DNA of 38,148 bases from Candidatus Bathyarchaeota archaeon (GTDB lineage: Archaea > Thermoproteota > Bathyarchaeia > Bathyarchaeales > DTEX01): assembly GCA_018397055.1 (NCBI GenBank), contig JAGTQS010000003.1, positions 1 through 38,148 of the forward strand, given 5' to 3'. Below, piece after piece: positions 37,424-38,148 of the stretch. The position numbers were made by a program, and so were the translations under genes. The notes under the pieces are model-generated. The model worked only from the letters and a program-made list of their open reading frames with translations. It did no database searches and was not told the DNA's origin. Position 1 is the stretch's first letter. Every line of letters starts with the position of its first letter.

Positions 37424-38148
37424 TTATAGGAAATTTATGTTTTGTGCGTTTTGGATTGTGAATCTTCCTTGTGCAGCATTTTTAATATGTTGACTGTGAA
37501 CTGTTAGGTTTTCAAACGATACGTTTTCAACGAGGTGTTTTTCATCGTATCCATGTATTATTGAGAATGGAAACGGTCCGTTGATCACAGAGATGTTTTT
37601 GACCTCTATGTTTTTGATGTGCCCACGATTTACGGCGTATTTTTCTTGCTGATCTTTAGGTACGCTGAGTACTCCATCCCACGCTCCGTGTAAGTAGCGT
37701 TTGTTTACTTCTTCTTGATCTTTTGGGCTGTCTATGCTGTATCGGGAGAGAAAGATGGCGAAGTCAAAAAGTTTGTGTCGAGCGTCTTCTACACGGATGT
37801 TTTCGTATCGGATGTTGTCAACAACTGCGTAGTCGCCGTTGTGTATGCTAAAGACTGCTCCGCGTTCAACGTGAATTACGTCGCAATCGTCGAAAACTAT
37901 GTCGTGAAGTCTGTTCGCCCTAAGTTCAAACCCAATCTCAAGGCCGTTTCCCCAAAGCCCGTTCCAAAAGACAGAGCGTGAAACTCTTACTTTTTCAACT
38001 CCGTTTTCAGGTGGGTAATCCCACGCTGCTTTGATTGCTATGCAGTCGTCTTTTGAGCGGATGAAGCATTCGTCGATTTTTACATTTTTGCTTCTTACAA
38101 CGTCTATGCCGTCGTCACTTCCATTATCACTAACAATTTTGACGTTGT
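37424..38148 (-). CDS. Glycoside hydrolase family 28-like parallel beta-helix protein, 5'-truncated by the window edge; missing from the ORF track
   Basis: Manual translation from 38146: NVKIVSDNGSDDGIDVVRSKNVKIDECFIRSKDDCIAIK...FWNGLWGNGLEIGFE...NIRYENIRVE, ending at TAA 37426-37424. Confidence 0.85.
   Translation of the reverse strand, partial: NVKIVSDNGSDDGIDVVRSKNVKIDECFIRSKDDCIAIKAAWDYPPENGVEKVRVSRSVFWNGLWGNGLEIGFELRANRLHDIVFDDCDVIHVERGAVFSIHNGDYAVVDNIRYENIRVEDARHKLFDFAIFLSRYSIDSPKDQEEVNKRYLHGAWDGVLSVPKDQQEKYAVNRGHIKNIEVKNISVINGPFPFSIIHGYDEKHLVENVSFENLTVHSQHIKNAAQGRFTIQNAQNINFL

Noticed and set aside
1..38148. CRISPR array, rRNA genes, inteins and the many short antisense ORFs
   Set aside because: No regularly spaced repeats or rRNA-like sequence were seen. 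aIF5B has no intein-sized insert. The short ORFs lie opposite well-supported genes.

Overview
Archaeal chromosomal window, most likely from a TACK-lineage archaeon such as Bathyarchaeia. This is inferred from the archaeal ribosomal proteins, aIF5B, intron-containing CCA-encoded tRNAs, a REC-TackOD1-type regulator, and ftsZ plus ADP-forming acetyl-CoA synthetase. Gene order: mre11-rad50-DUF72; an AT-rich two-component/GT2 accessory block next to tRNA-Met; cutA, rpiA, pcm, glmS, tRNA-Gly, trpB2, a sugar isomerase, an RHH gene divergent from ftsZ, a surface protein, aIF5B, an acetate/acyl-CoA module, a ribosomal operon fragment (L22 to L18) and two glycoside hydrolases. The strongest signal is in pcm (protein-L-isoaspartate O-methyltransferase). 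It looks frameshifted, but it is interrupted by a 31-nt insertion folding into a bulge-helix-bulge (BHB) splice motif. Removing it at the canonical EndA cut sites exactly restores the conserved GQTVSAPHMV motif, so this is a candidate tRNA-type intron in an archaeal mRNA. Second, a 255-bp non-coding IS200/IS605-type miniature element keeps both transposon ends, a TTTAA target motif and a TnpB omega-RNA-like scaffold, but has no nuclease gene. Also notable: a tRNA-Met intron at non-canonical position 45/46, an FtsZ with a MinD-like amphipathic C-terminal tail, and a 9-aa direct-repeat-flanked insertion in aIF5B. All calls come from reading the sequence; no searches were run.
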